From: Gordius albopunctatus
Taxonomy: Eukaryota
Direction of reading: 5' to 3'
DNA: 64,000 nt
NCBI GenBank assembly: GCA_964276515.1
Contig: OZ193909.1
Coordinates: 2,790,001 to 2,854,000 of the forward strand
Part shown: positions 24,985 through 36,436 of the stretch, one piece after another
How positions within the stretch are numbered: position 1 is the first letter of the stretch
How the letters are laid out: the number at the start of each line of letters is the position of its first letter
The notes under the pieces: generated by a model
Told to the model about the DNA's origin: nothing
Database searches by the model: none
The model's input: the letters and a program-made list of their open reading frames with translations, nothing else
Program-made: the position numbers and the translations under genes

Positions 24985-27253
24985 TAGCGATGCGGAAAAA
25001 CCGAGAAAAATATCGGTCTCGTCTCGGTGAATTCAAAAGATGGAGTCGAGATCGAGACGAGAATTTTGATGTCAAGACGAGACGAGATTTTATCGACGAG
25101 ATCTCGACTTTTTTATCGTTATATTTTAGTAAATTATTTTGTATTTTAATTTGCATGATTTACATTTAAGGTATTAAGTTTAAATTAATACGTATGGAAT
25201 ATATTTGACATTAAAAAAATTCCTGTAAATATTATATTTTTTGCAGGATTTACCTAAGTATGGTTGACCCTTAGGGTATGTGAATAATTTTATAATATCT
25301 TTATAACATATTTAAATCCATAGCATTATTAAATATTATAAAATTATAGACTTAGAATGAGTTCTGATTGAATAGTAAATATAAACAAAGCATATTTATA
25401 TTTCGCAGTTATTCATCTTGCATAATGCGGTAATTATAAATTGGTGGTCAATCAGTTTGAATAATTAAACTAGTTAAGCTAAGGTGGCTCGAGATTTTTA
25501 GCATCCGCTTAACGATTTCAAAAGTACAATAGATTATTTAATGACACCGCAATAGATTAAATCTAAAGCATGAGTTTTCTAGAAGTTTTAGGCTTCAACT
25601 ATATTCGATAAATAACTATTTAATGTCAAAGTTAGTTAGAATTGGAAGATAATTATTTGGAATATAAATTTGATTTTAATGATTTTTGTCATAAATTTAA
25701 ATACGTGCAATTTAGAGTTTAAAACCTCATATTCCTAATCCTATAATAATAATTCTTTTATTGTTGTTTCTACCCGTTTTTATATGTGCATCTAGTTATC
25801 AATTCTGTAAATAATAATATTATCAATTAACAGTCACTCGCACATTGTGGTTTATAACGCTATAGTAAACATGCAATAAACACTATGGGCTATAATTAAT
25901 AATGGTACTAATGGACTTAAATTTTTGCCTTAAATATGTTAAGGTCTACTTTGAAGCTTTAGTCAGGGTTAATAAAGGGTCTCAATTTGCTAAATTGTGC
26001 AACTAAGTCAACTATAACCGAAATTATTATTTTCCAAGTCTATATAGTTGACAAACACGGTGATTTGATACAAACTTTATAATTTGCTAAAAAAATAAAA
26101 TTTAATTTTCTATACTTCAAATTTATTTGTTAACCCTGGGTAAAGCTTCTTATTTAACTAAGTCTATTGTTACCATCATCAATTATATGCCATAGTGTTT
26201 ATTGCATGTTTACTATAGCGTTATAAACCATAAAGTGCGAGTGACTTTTAATGATAATATTATTATTTACAGAATTGATAACTAGATGCACATATCAAAA
26301 CTTTGTAAAAACAACAATAAAAATAGCATTATTATAGGATTAAGAAGATAAGGTTTTAAACTGTAAATTGCCTTATTTAAATTTATGGCAGAAATCATTA
26401 TAATCAAATTTATATTCCAAATAATTACTTTCCAATTCCAACTAACTTTGTCATTAAATAGTTATTTATCGAATACAGTAAAGGCTCGTGTATTTATTTT
26501 ATATTTCACAATTATAGAAATATAATAAATTTAAATGCACCTGCCAACCCAGCGTATAATGTGAAAAGTAATGCAGATCACAAAACTATGTATTCACATA
26601 ATGTCTTATTAAAATTCAAAAACTTGGGAGGTATACTATTAGTTGAAGCATAAAAACTTTTTAAAAAAATTTAATCTATTACGGTATCATTAAATACTCT
26701 ATTGTACTTTTGAAATCGTTAGGCGGGTGCTCAAAAATCTAGACCCACTTATTCAAACTGATTGACTACCAATTTATATTGTAATTACCGCATTATGCAG
26801 GATGAGTAACTGCAAAATATAAATATGCTTTAGTAATATTTACTATTCCATTAGAACTCATTCTAAGCCTAAAATTCTTTAATATTTAATAGTGCTATGG
26901 ATACAAATAGGTGATAAAGATATTATAAAATTATTAACATACCCTTATGGATCAACCTTACTTAGGTAAATGATTGCCAAATTTTAAATTTTTTGCAAAA
27001 ATATATGATATTTACTACACTTAGGAATTTTTTTAATATCAAATATATTTTATACATATTGATTTACACTTAATACCTTAAATGTAAATCATGCAAATTA
27101 AAATACACAATAATTTACTTAAATCTAACGATCAATAAAAAGTCGAGATCTCACCGAAAAAATCTCGTCTCGTCTCGAAATCAAAATTCTCGTCTCGATC
27201 TCGACTCCATTTTTCAAATTCTCATCTCGTCTCGGTGTTTTTCCGCATCACTA
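24985..27253. mobile_element. 2.27-kb foldback element with ~1-kb inverted arms
   Basis: Termini tagcgatgcggaaaaa/tttttccgcatcacta with gagacgaga subterminal repeats. The arms align inward to about 25990 and 26118. No clear TSD. Confidence 0.85.
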
Positions 27254-27269
27254 CCATTAGCCATAAGAT

Positions 27270-28330
27270 ATGGAAATGCGTTTAAAAAATATGGAAATTG
27301 GGAGCGCTACTTTCTAGAGCACAAAGATTATATGACTTATTGAAGTAGGAAGCATTTAGGCAAATTCACTATTTATATAACGAAAGATTTTTTGAAAGAA
27401 TAAGTAATTCAAAGAAATACAGAGAAAAGAAACAGCTAGGCACCATCATCAAATTATTATAAAGAAGAGTATTTTTTGGGAAGAAGAAAGATGTTTAAGC
27501 CTCGAAATGGATACGAAATGCAAAAAGAAATCTCGACAACAAATAAATACCACCAGGAAGCCTCTACACATTAATTACCATTTGGAACAAAATTTAGGCA
27601 ATGATTTAGAGGTAATCATTGCATAGATTAAGGAAACGGCTATACATGCTCTAAGACAGGCCAAAAGAGGCAAAATAAGGAACTCTGGTGGTGGAGAACA
27701 GGGTTAAGATTTCATTGAAAGAAAGAAAATTTTATAAAACAATAAATTAAGTATATAAGATGGCAAAGAAAGCTGCGAGTAGGGCCGTTGCAATTGAGAA
27801 GAATTGCACACCTAGATAACTAGCAAACTAAATTATAAAGGGGTCGTCAGGATTACGTACAAATTGGTCAGGATAACGGAGAAGAAAAGTCGCGATGTCA
27901 TGGTCAATAAAAGAGTCAAGGAGGTCCAAATCATATCTGAGTCAAAGAAAGTAAGTTAAAGGATAATTTGAGGAACTTAAGAATGTACAAATACAGATCC
28001 CCTTTCTAATTAAGAGTTAAACTATGATCAAAGTCTTTCATGTGGATAATAGAATTATGGTATAAAAGAAAAAGATGCAGAAAGTAAAAGCAATGAACCA
28101 GATGGATTTCCACCGGAAATATGGGTTAAATGTCGGTAGGAGGAGTAACAACCATGACAAACCTCTTTCATTAGATAGAAGATGAGTTAATTCTGATCAT
28201 TGGAAAGCAATATTCTATCCTGCAAATGGGACCCCCTGAAGAGTGGCAATTTCAGAGGATTAAGCTAATCTACAACGCATACAAACTTATACAATATTAA
28301 AACAAAGTAGAAATTGTGGCGAACAATTAA
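27270..28330 (+). mobile_element. RTE-clade LINE relic (linker and start of RT)
   Basis: Fragmentary translations LWWW, YKMAKKAASRAVA, YKLVRITEKKSRDV, PDGFPPEIW and NFRGLSL, with many stops. Confidence 0.7.
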
Positions 28331-30159
28331 TTGATGTAATCGGTTAATTAAGACGCAGAATTGATTAATAAGGTAATTAGAAGTCTCAATATGATCTTAA
28401 TGACTTGCAGAAAGCTCATAACACGGTAACTTGTTATTTTATATAGTCGTGCTTGAGACAAAATAATCCTAATGCATAGGTAGGGCAAGTGAAAAATATA
28501 TGAATGACAGTGGTGGAGTCTATTTAAGGGCCGATAAATACCAGAATAAGAATAACATATATTCAAGAGACTTGGTAGGGTTTTTGTAGAGGATATGGAT
28601 AACTGACGATGTGTAATGTACGTTAAAGTTCTATGTTGCCTATGGAGTAAAAATGATACACCACGTGATTATATATTTTTGTTTTAAGGCCCGTCCGCGT
28701 CCGCAAATTTTTCAAGCCCGTTCATACCCGTTTAGAAAACCTTCAGGCCCGCTCAAGCCCGTTCAAATTTTTTTGAAAGAACTTCGCGCCTGGCCCAATT
28801 GCCCAAAAATTTAGCATAATTATATTTTAGGACATATTGATAAAAATATCAATGATTATCATGTAAAAATAATAAATCAACAATTATTTCCGCTACACCT
28901 AAAAAATTTCAATATAATAATTTAAATTACTATAAAAAATTACAAGAATATATTCCACTTTCAACAATTTAATTTTATTTGATTAATTTAAGTTAATACA
29001 CCTAAGGAGTTAGAATTCAGTATTACCATTAAATTTCGCATAAATTTAGGATTAGCACACACAATTTCGAAAGAAATTTGTTAGTAAAGTATGTTTAAAA
29101 ATGAAGCATCCATGAATGAAATATGCAAAACGCTTTGTAAAATTATCATTTACATTGAATATTAATTATTTGTATTTTATTATTATATTCTTCTCTAGTA
29201 GTTTAATACCCCGAATTTCTATAAACAAGGAACTAATCTAAGTTTAAATAACCATGTTAAATACTTGTAAAAATAAAACACGCATTTGGGACAAAATTTT
29301 TTTGTATAAATAGTGTTAAGATTAGTCTATTTTATCTAAAACGAAATATCAAATTAATTAAGATAATTTATTATCTCTATATGCGCAACACTAACAGGAA
29401 TTCTATTAATATCATTGAATTTTGCGTATAATTTGGAAAATTTTTTATTGTTTTTGTCAATGGGAGGGGTTCTAACCCTAAAACCCCCACCTTCCCTACG
29501 CTAATAAATTAGTTATTTTCAATAAAGAATTTAAAATCTTTAAATTTTTTATGATCTAAAGAATAGTGTATTTTACCAATGCAAAAAATCCCATTTGCGC
29601 TTGGAATTTTCTGCACTAACTCAATTTCAAATGTCTCATTACAAGTATAATTATAAAAATCTCAATAAATTCTAATTATAATAAATGAAAATAAAATTAA
29701 CTGTTTCTTTTTATATCAGCATCAGTAAAATCACCGGAACAGCTTATTCAATTATTAGCATAGGCTAATGGGTCACCAGTTACATGGGATGAAAGCTATC
29801 TAAAGAATGCTCTGATATCAATAATTGATCGTCAGAAGAAATTTTATATATTTTAACAACCCTAAGGGGGTTTTCCTACTCATTTTGATTCTAAGATAGG
29901 TCATGTAAGCCAATTTTTATTAACGTGTAACCTGCTATAGCTGTTTTAATATTTTTTAAAAAAATTGCCCCCAAACTCATATTTCAGTCTAGTTATAAAT
30001 TAATAACTATAATGTCTTATTAAAATACGTTTTGCATATAATCTTATTTGCAAAAAAATTTATTTATAAAATACGACAGCTGCTATTTATATAAATTAAT
30101 AATTTATTTTAATATATTGCCACTAGGTATAGTTCAATCATTATATCCGCCATTTTACA

Positions 30160-31661
30160 ATGACCAAGGATCGCGATGTGGTAAATTATTGTTTATATTA
30201 TATCTTGAACTAATAAAATTTTAGGATAAAGATGCTTTTTGCAAACTTTTTGTTGGTAACCTTAAGTTTTCTACGACTACCGAAGATTTAAGAGAGTTTT
30301 ATTCAACGTTTGGGGAAATTGTTGATTGCGTGGTTATGAAAGATTCAACTGGAAAGTCGCGAGGCTTTGGTTTTGTTACCTATCAAAGTCCAGAAAGTGT
30401 TGATGAAGCTCAACGTAATAGGCCTCATTTTATAGGTGGCCGTAAAACAGAGCCTAAAAGAGCCATACCACGAGGGGTAAATTATTAAAAGTTTGTATTT
30501 ATCTGAAACACAGGAAGCTGATAAGCCCGAAGCCCAGCAGAACATTAATAAAATATTTATTGGAGGCTTGCTGGAAGAAGTCAATGAACCCGAATTGGAA
30601 GAATACTTTTCTAAATTTGGAAAAATCTCAAATACCAATGTTATTCGCGATAGTGTAACAGGTAAAAAACGTGGATTCGCTTACCTTACATTTGAGGATT
30701 ATGATACAGTGGACAAAATTGTTTGTAAGTTTTTTTTACCCATAAATATATGTTAAACCATGTTTGCAGTGGAAAAATATCACACCATCCATGGCAAAAC
30801 TTCGGAAGTTAGGAAAGCACTTTCCAAAGAAGAAATGCGTAATCAACAAAGGAAAAGTGCTCCTAGAAAAAGATACAATGATCAAGAAGATGGTATGTTT
30901 ACATTTTTAAATTTATAAATTATTTTTTATTTCAGATGACTATAATGGCAACAATAGCATGATGATGCCTGGTAACTTTTTAGGTGGACCAGTAGGTCTT
31001 GGTGGTAACATGATGGATGATATGTCCATGAATATGGGAAATAATAATGGAATGATGATGGGTGCTGGTACACCATTTGATATGTTGGCTAATATGGGAA
31101 TGATGAGCAACATGATGGGTGGGATGATGGGAGGTATGGGCAATCCATCTAGTGGAACCAATCCTATGGGAGGAGGATCTTTTGGTACACTTTATTCCAT
31201 GTCATGTAAATATATTTGTGTGAAATTTTAAAACAGGCTCTAATTCAACTATGCCAATGGGTAACATGAATGGAATGGGCAATATGATGGGTTCAGGATC
31301 TGGAACTAATCCTATGGCTATGATGGGCATGTCAGGAATGGGAATGAATGATGGTGGCATGGGTGGTGGATTCAATAGCGGGTTTTCTAATAATCTACCC
31401 TCTACTGGTGGAGGATATTCAAGAAGTAACATTCCATTATTATCATAAACTCTAAATTGCTATTAGATCAGGGTCAAGGATTTAATAATATGAATGGTGG
31501 ACCAATGCGTGATAGAAGGCCAGGAGGGAATGGTTTTAATAGAAATAAACCATATAGTAATTATTTTGTAAAAAATTTAACACATCAATGCTTTGCTAGA
31601 TGATAATAATAGAGGGCACAGTGATAGAGGGTTTGGAGGAAAAAGAGGGCGTAACTATTAA
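30160..31661 (+). CDS. HNRNPA1: hnRNP A/B family (hnRNP A1/Hrb-like) two-RRM protein, 398 aa
   Basis: Exons 30160-30180, 30225-30476, 30514-30724, 30770-30892, 30936-31184, 31237-31425, 31467-31556 and 31600-31661; all GT-AG and phase-consistent. RRM1: KLFVGNL...DCVVMKD...SRGFGFVTY...RPHFIGGRKTEPKRAIPR. RRM2: KIFIGGL...[44 protein letters not shown]. The symbol indicates family, not 1:1 orthology. Confidence 0.95.
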
Positions 31662-32191
31662 GATTTCAAATTTGTAAGTACCTTGAATTGAATTATTATG
31701 ATGTATAAGTTTATTAAGTTTTTACTAATTGTGTGAAGTTGTTTAAGTTATATAAGTTTATATATATTTCCAGGTACGTATAAGCATGAACACCCATCTT
31801 TATGTATTGAGATAAGCAACCAACTATATATGTCAATGAGCAAATTATCAGATATTTTCAATACAATTGAAACGGATAGATTCTTTATTGCACATATCAT
31901 ATCATCATTTAAGTGTATATAATTAATAAGGATTATGATATTTATACATACATATACCCTATATTGTAAAGTATTTCCGAGTTTATATTTATTAAATCAA
32001 TAAAAAGATTACGCCTATATATGTAGACGGCTTGATAAGGGTTTTAATCTAGCTTTGACAAAGTTTTAATGAGTTGGTGAAAGGTAAGCTAAACACAGTA
32101 GTAACTATTCTAATATTCCCAAGTTTTATTATTTTGTAAATTTTTAGATGATGAATATTAGAACACCTCCCTTATTTGGTCAAGTAATATT

Positions 32192-32249
32192 TGCATGATG
32201 AAGACATAATTCCGCCAAATGAACCAATGATATGAAAGTTTTCTGATTA
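32192..32249 (+). ncRNA. SNORD47: C/D-box snoRNA, U47-like
   Basis: C box ATGATGA 32195, guide TAATTCCGCCAA, D' ATGA 32219, C' ATGATAT, D CTGA 32243-32246. The guide is antisense to conserved 28S UUGGCGGAAU, and the +5 rule selects the C equivalent to human Cm3887. It lies inside GT-AG interval 32184-32288. Confidence 0.82.
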
Positions 32250-32304
32250 TTTATTTATTTTTACATATATATACACTATTATTTTTAGGTGGCCTGCTGA
32301 ATTA

Positions 32305-32363
32305 TTAATTGATGAAGTAATTTGCGGATGATTTTAATGATCAAAAAACATGATCCTGATTAG
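32305..32363 (+). ncRNA. SNORD16: C/D-box snoRNA, U16/snR87-like, copy a
   Basis: C box TTGATGA 32309, guide GTAATTTGCG, D' ATGA 32328, C' ATGATCA, D CTGA 32356-32359. The guide is antisense to 18S CGCAAAUUAC, and the +5 rule selects the A equivalent to human Am484/yeast Am436. Confidence 0.8.
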
Positions 32364-32410
32364 TATATTTCTCTTACACTATATTTTTTTATGTAGTCTG
32401 CTTTGAATTC

Positions 32411-32469
32411 TTAAATGATGATGTAATTTGCGGATGATTTTGATGATCAAAGAACAAGATGCTGAATAG
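32411..32469 (+). ncRNA. SNORD16: C/D-box snoRNA, U16/snR87-like, copy b
   Basis: C box ATGATGA 32415, identical guide GTAATTTGCG, D' ATGA 32434, D CTGA 32462-32465. The boxes and guide are conserved with copy a while the flanks diverge. Confidence 0.82.
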
Positions 32470-33782
32470 TATATATTTTTAAAATAATTTATGCATAGAT
32501 ATTGAACAGGATATGGATTGTGTAACCTCATATATTTATCAGACAATAAAAAATTCAATAAATCTTGTGTGTTTATTACTAAGTATACTATAAACAATGT
32601 AACATGGCATTTTCTAAGATAAAATTTTACAATTTAATATCGCCCCCTTCTAAAAAGTTGAATATTTAACTTGGATAAAATAAGATTAAGCAGTATAAAC
32701 AATTAGTTCTAATCTACTTGTGTCAAAAAATTTATTTGTAAAATTATTATATTTTAAATTGATGAATTATTAAATAATTTAATACAATATTTTATATTGC
32801 TAAGAAATTGATTTTACCTAGGCACATTTTAAGATACACCTATATATTTTCCAATAATTAGGACTTAATTTTTACATATTCATTGTCAATTTTTGCTATA
32901 AAATTTTAATGACCAAATTGCATATACAACTAAGTTATGAATAATAGATTTATAGTAAATGATTTTTGGTTCAAATTATGGTTTATAAGAAAGGCTTTTA
33001 AAGTTGATCTTAATTATGAACTAATTCATTTTGAAAAATAAAATTATTTCAAGTTCAGATTTTTTCAAAAGTAACTAGTTCAAGATTAGATTAAATTCAA
33101 TCCGAGGTGTTTTTAAAAAATTTTTTATCTGATCAGTTCTTATACAAAACTAAATTAGCTATATAATTTTCAAAAAGAATTATATGTGTAAAACTTTTCA
33201 TTTCAAACATTACAATATATATAATTGATAATAGAAATCAGGGGAAATAGATGGGAACCTAAATATTTTATTTTCAAAATTATCATTAAATAAAGATGAA
33301 AGTTTTCCTAAACTGAACAGTCTTTCAACAGGAGCACTTGATTGAATATGTAAACGTTATATTTAATAAAAATTTGTTTTAAATGGGGTAATTTATTATA
33401 TATATCAAATGAGGTATTCATCAGTTTTATAAAGTTTTCAATGATTTTTTAATGTCTGATATTTAGGAAATCCAACCCATTTTAAGTATGAGGGTTAACA
33501 TTTTCTGCATCTAGTGGCAATATTGAATTTATTGCCTCCAAAATTCTATACTCTTCCTCTCAATTTTTTGCACATAAATCACAAAAATTAAATAATTCTT
33601 ACTGACAATAATACAGCCATGAGGGTAGCCAGCATTCAAATTAGATAGGGGCATTAATGATTTAAGGAGGGGCAAAATGATCATTTTTAGATTTAAAGGG
33701 GGGGGCAGCTGCCCCCTCTTGGCTAAAGCCATGAAAACGGGCTCGATTGTTGTTTTTTATAATATTAAAAAGGCGTGTTTTA

Positions 33783-34351
33783 CCCTCGAAAGCATTCCTG
33801 AAAATCCCGAACGCAAGAGCATTCGTGGGGTATATTTTACCCCATTTTTTAACTTCTGAAAACTTTTAAAGTATTCTTTTTAAACCTTTCAAAATTTAAA
33901 CCTGTATTTATAAAGGTCTTAAGATTGATGGTATAAATGTTGATATGAATCTAATCAACATTACAAAACTTATTAACGATTTTCTGGACCCCCATTTTTA
34001 TTTTGGTTATTTTAGAGCTTCCCCTCATATTACCTCTTGACATCATATACCTTAAAATAATCAAAATAAACGTGATTTTTTATTAAACGAATGTTCTAAA
34101 TGTATTAAAAACACAAATTGTAAAAGATATCATCAAACGAAAATAAATACATACAGAAAAAATGTATGTGAGAGCATTCGTGGGGTACACAGGACCCCTG
34201 TGGCCAAAAGTTATAAAATTTTCCTCAAACTTAGTTCTTGGTAAAATATTAGGCTACTGAAAAGGCCGGATCAATTCGCTTTTATATGCGTTTTATATTT
34301 AAGTATATAACTATCGTGGGGTCCGTGGTACCCCACGAATGCTCTCGAGGG
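33783..34351. mobile_element. piggyBac-like non-autonomous element
   Basis: TIR ccctcgaaagcattc/gaatgctctcgaggg, flanks TTTA and TTAA, and internal agcattcgtggggta repeats. Confidence 0.75.
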
Positions 34352-34971
34352 TTAATAAAAAATTTTATAATAGAGGTTTAAATTATTGTGTATGATACAT
34401 GCAAAAATATATTAGATTAACGAGATGGCATAGTACGAATTGTATTGGATTTTACAATTTTCATGGTGATTTTCTGCTTGATGTCGAAAAATTCGTTGAA
34501 ATTGTGTGTAGCTCGGCTTATAAATTCATTTTAAATAATAATTTTTATGATTAACTAGTTCATTTATATTGTAAAGTTCAAGTTCAGAATATTAAAAAGT
34601 AGCTAGTTCAAGTTCATAGTTCAATTTTTGGAAAGTTAACTAGTTCAGAAAAAGTGAACTATAGTTAAAAGAACTAGTTACAGCTCTATCTATTTATAAG
34701 GCAATTAGCATCAACATTATAAATGTTTATTACACTAATCCATGGGAAAAAGGTCTACCTGACCTGCAATATATATTTGCTATGATATGTATGCCCTGCT
34801 CAATAAAAATTCAAATATAATGGTTTCTTTTAAATTCCAAAAGTCTGCTAGATAACCTTTGAACACGCTATTAATTCACCCTAATATTTATATTACTCAC
34901 ACATTTTGTTCCTTTGCTTTCAAATTTTATTTTTTCGGGTTGTGTCAAATAAGGGTTGCAGACCTCTACTA

Positions 34972-36074
34972 CAGAGACCAGATTGCCCGGCCTGCTGCCG
35001 CCCGGCCGGGCCGAGCAACTGTCCTAAGTTTTTAGTTTTTGACGGGCACGATGTTAGGATTCGGGCAATTCAGGCAGAATGGAATTTTATAGATAATGTA
35101 TTATTTTGTTACTTTTTTATATTCACATGTGCCGTCTATACATAATACAAATGCGTCATGCCCAAATTGACAATGAATGCATGTGTTAAATTTCATTCTT
35201 ATTTAATTTTTTAACAAATCTAATTAATTTGGTTTAACAAAGCTTCCCCAATTCGCCTTTATTATTCCCTTATCACTCGTAGCTATCTATCGCTAAGCTA
35301 TTACTTATTTATATAATTGTAAATTTCTATATACCTTTCTTTTTTTGCTTTAAATTAAAAAAATCTTCCATAAATTACATTTAAATTCTATTCATAAATT
35401 TTATTTTTTATCAAAAAAGTAAATTCTAAGAGCACAGATTGACTAATTGAACTAATTTTATTCATTAAGAAGTTTATTTATAGGTTAGGGGCTTAAATGA
35501 GTTAACCCAAGGGGGAGTCTAATTTTGTTTGCTACACACATATTTTCATAGGCATCGGCTGCATTTAATTAATATTTTGCTGTTATATGATTTGTAAAAG
35601 TTCTTAAATGTATGTGCCTAAATCCATTAGCAATTAATATATTAAAATATTGTGACCTAGAACACTTTTGCCAGTGATAACAAAATTTTAAAGAAATTCT
35701 GGCCAAATTTAGAAAGACCAAATACTAAGTTTTTTTTGACCTATTAGGATCATTAGGATTAAAATTAAATATCAAAAGTTCATTAGGAAAAATGATTCGA
35801 CCTATAAATAATATAGGATAGATTTTGTCCGGGATGATAAAATATTGCTTTATTTGTTTTATTCGATATGCCATTAATTTAATGCTTATTTTTTTGGTAG
35901 TGGTTAAAGAATTTGAGATCGCAAAATTTCTGGCCTAACAGGCAAATTTAATCTTTTGGGCCGGGCATTTCGGGCAGCTATAATGTTTCGGGCGGGCTCG
36001 GGGGACACCCAGAGGGTTCGGACGGACAGTGGGGTTAAAAAATGGAACCGGATTCCAAACAAATCTGATCTCTG
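34972..36074. mobile_element. Non-autonomous hAT element
   Basis: TIR cagagaccagatt/aatctgatctctg, a perfect 8-bp TSD ctctacta, and gcccg subterminal motifs. Confidence 0.9.
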
Positions 36075-36283
36075 CTCTACTATATCCCTAGTTGTATCTT
36101 AATAATTGATTTTAATATGTATTGTTCCTATGTTTACAGAATTTCCTTTAGCTCTGGCACTGGTGAATGACAAGGGATCAATTATGAGGGTGGGGGGGGG
36201 GGAACTCCGATAAAAGCTAGGAGTGCTTTAAGCCATCTGTGTTTATTGAATAATTCTGTGACATTTTATAGATGACCACTTAG

Positions 36284-36436
36284 CATGGGCGTAGTCAGTA
36301 TTAGAATTAGAAGAGGGCAATAATGATTTAGGGTGGGGCAAAATGATGATTTTTTGAAATTTTAGACATAATTAAATTTCAATTTTATGGATTTAGAGAG
36401 GGGCAGCCGGCCCTCTCTTCCCTTGCTACACCCATG
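36284..36436. mobile_element. hAT MITE of the CATGGGCGTAGCC family (~150 bp, many copies)
   Basis: TIR catgggcgtag/ctacacccatg with a perfect 8-bp TSD ccacttag. Relatives lie at about 20480, 33618, 41184, 41968, 43320, 45950, 49832, 50989, 52015 and 62102. Confidence 0.9.

Noticed and set aside
31780..31900. H/ACA snoRNA in the hnRNP 3' region (AGATAA, a hairpin, ACAtat)
   Set aside because: The motifs are too common in AT-rich DNA, and I found no convincing two-hairpin fold or target.
32148..32154. Fourth C box (ATGATGA)
   Set aside because: It has no D box or guide of its own and lies at the start of a predicted small exon.
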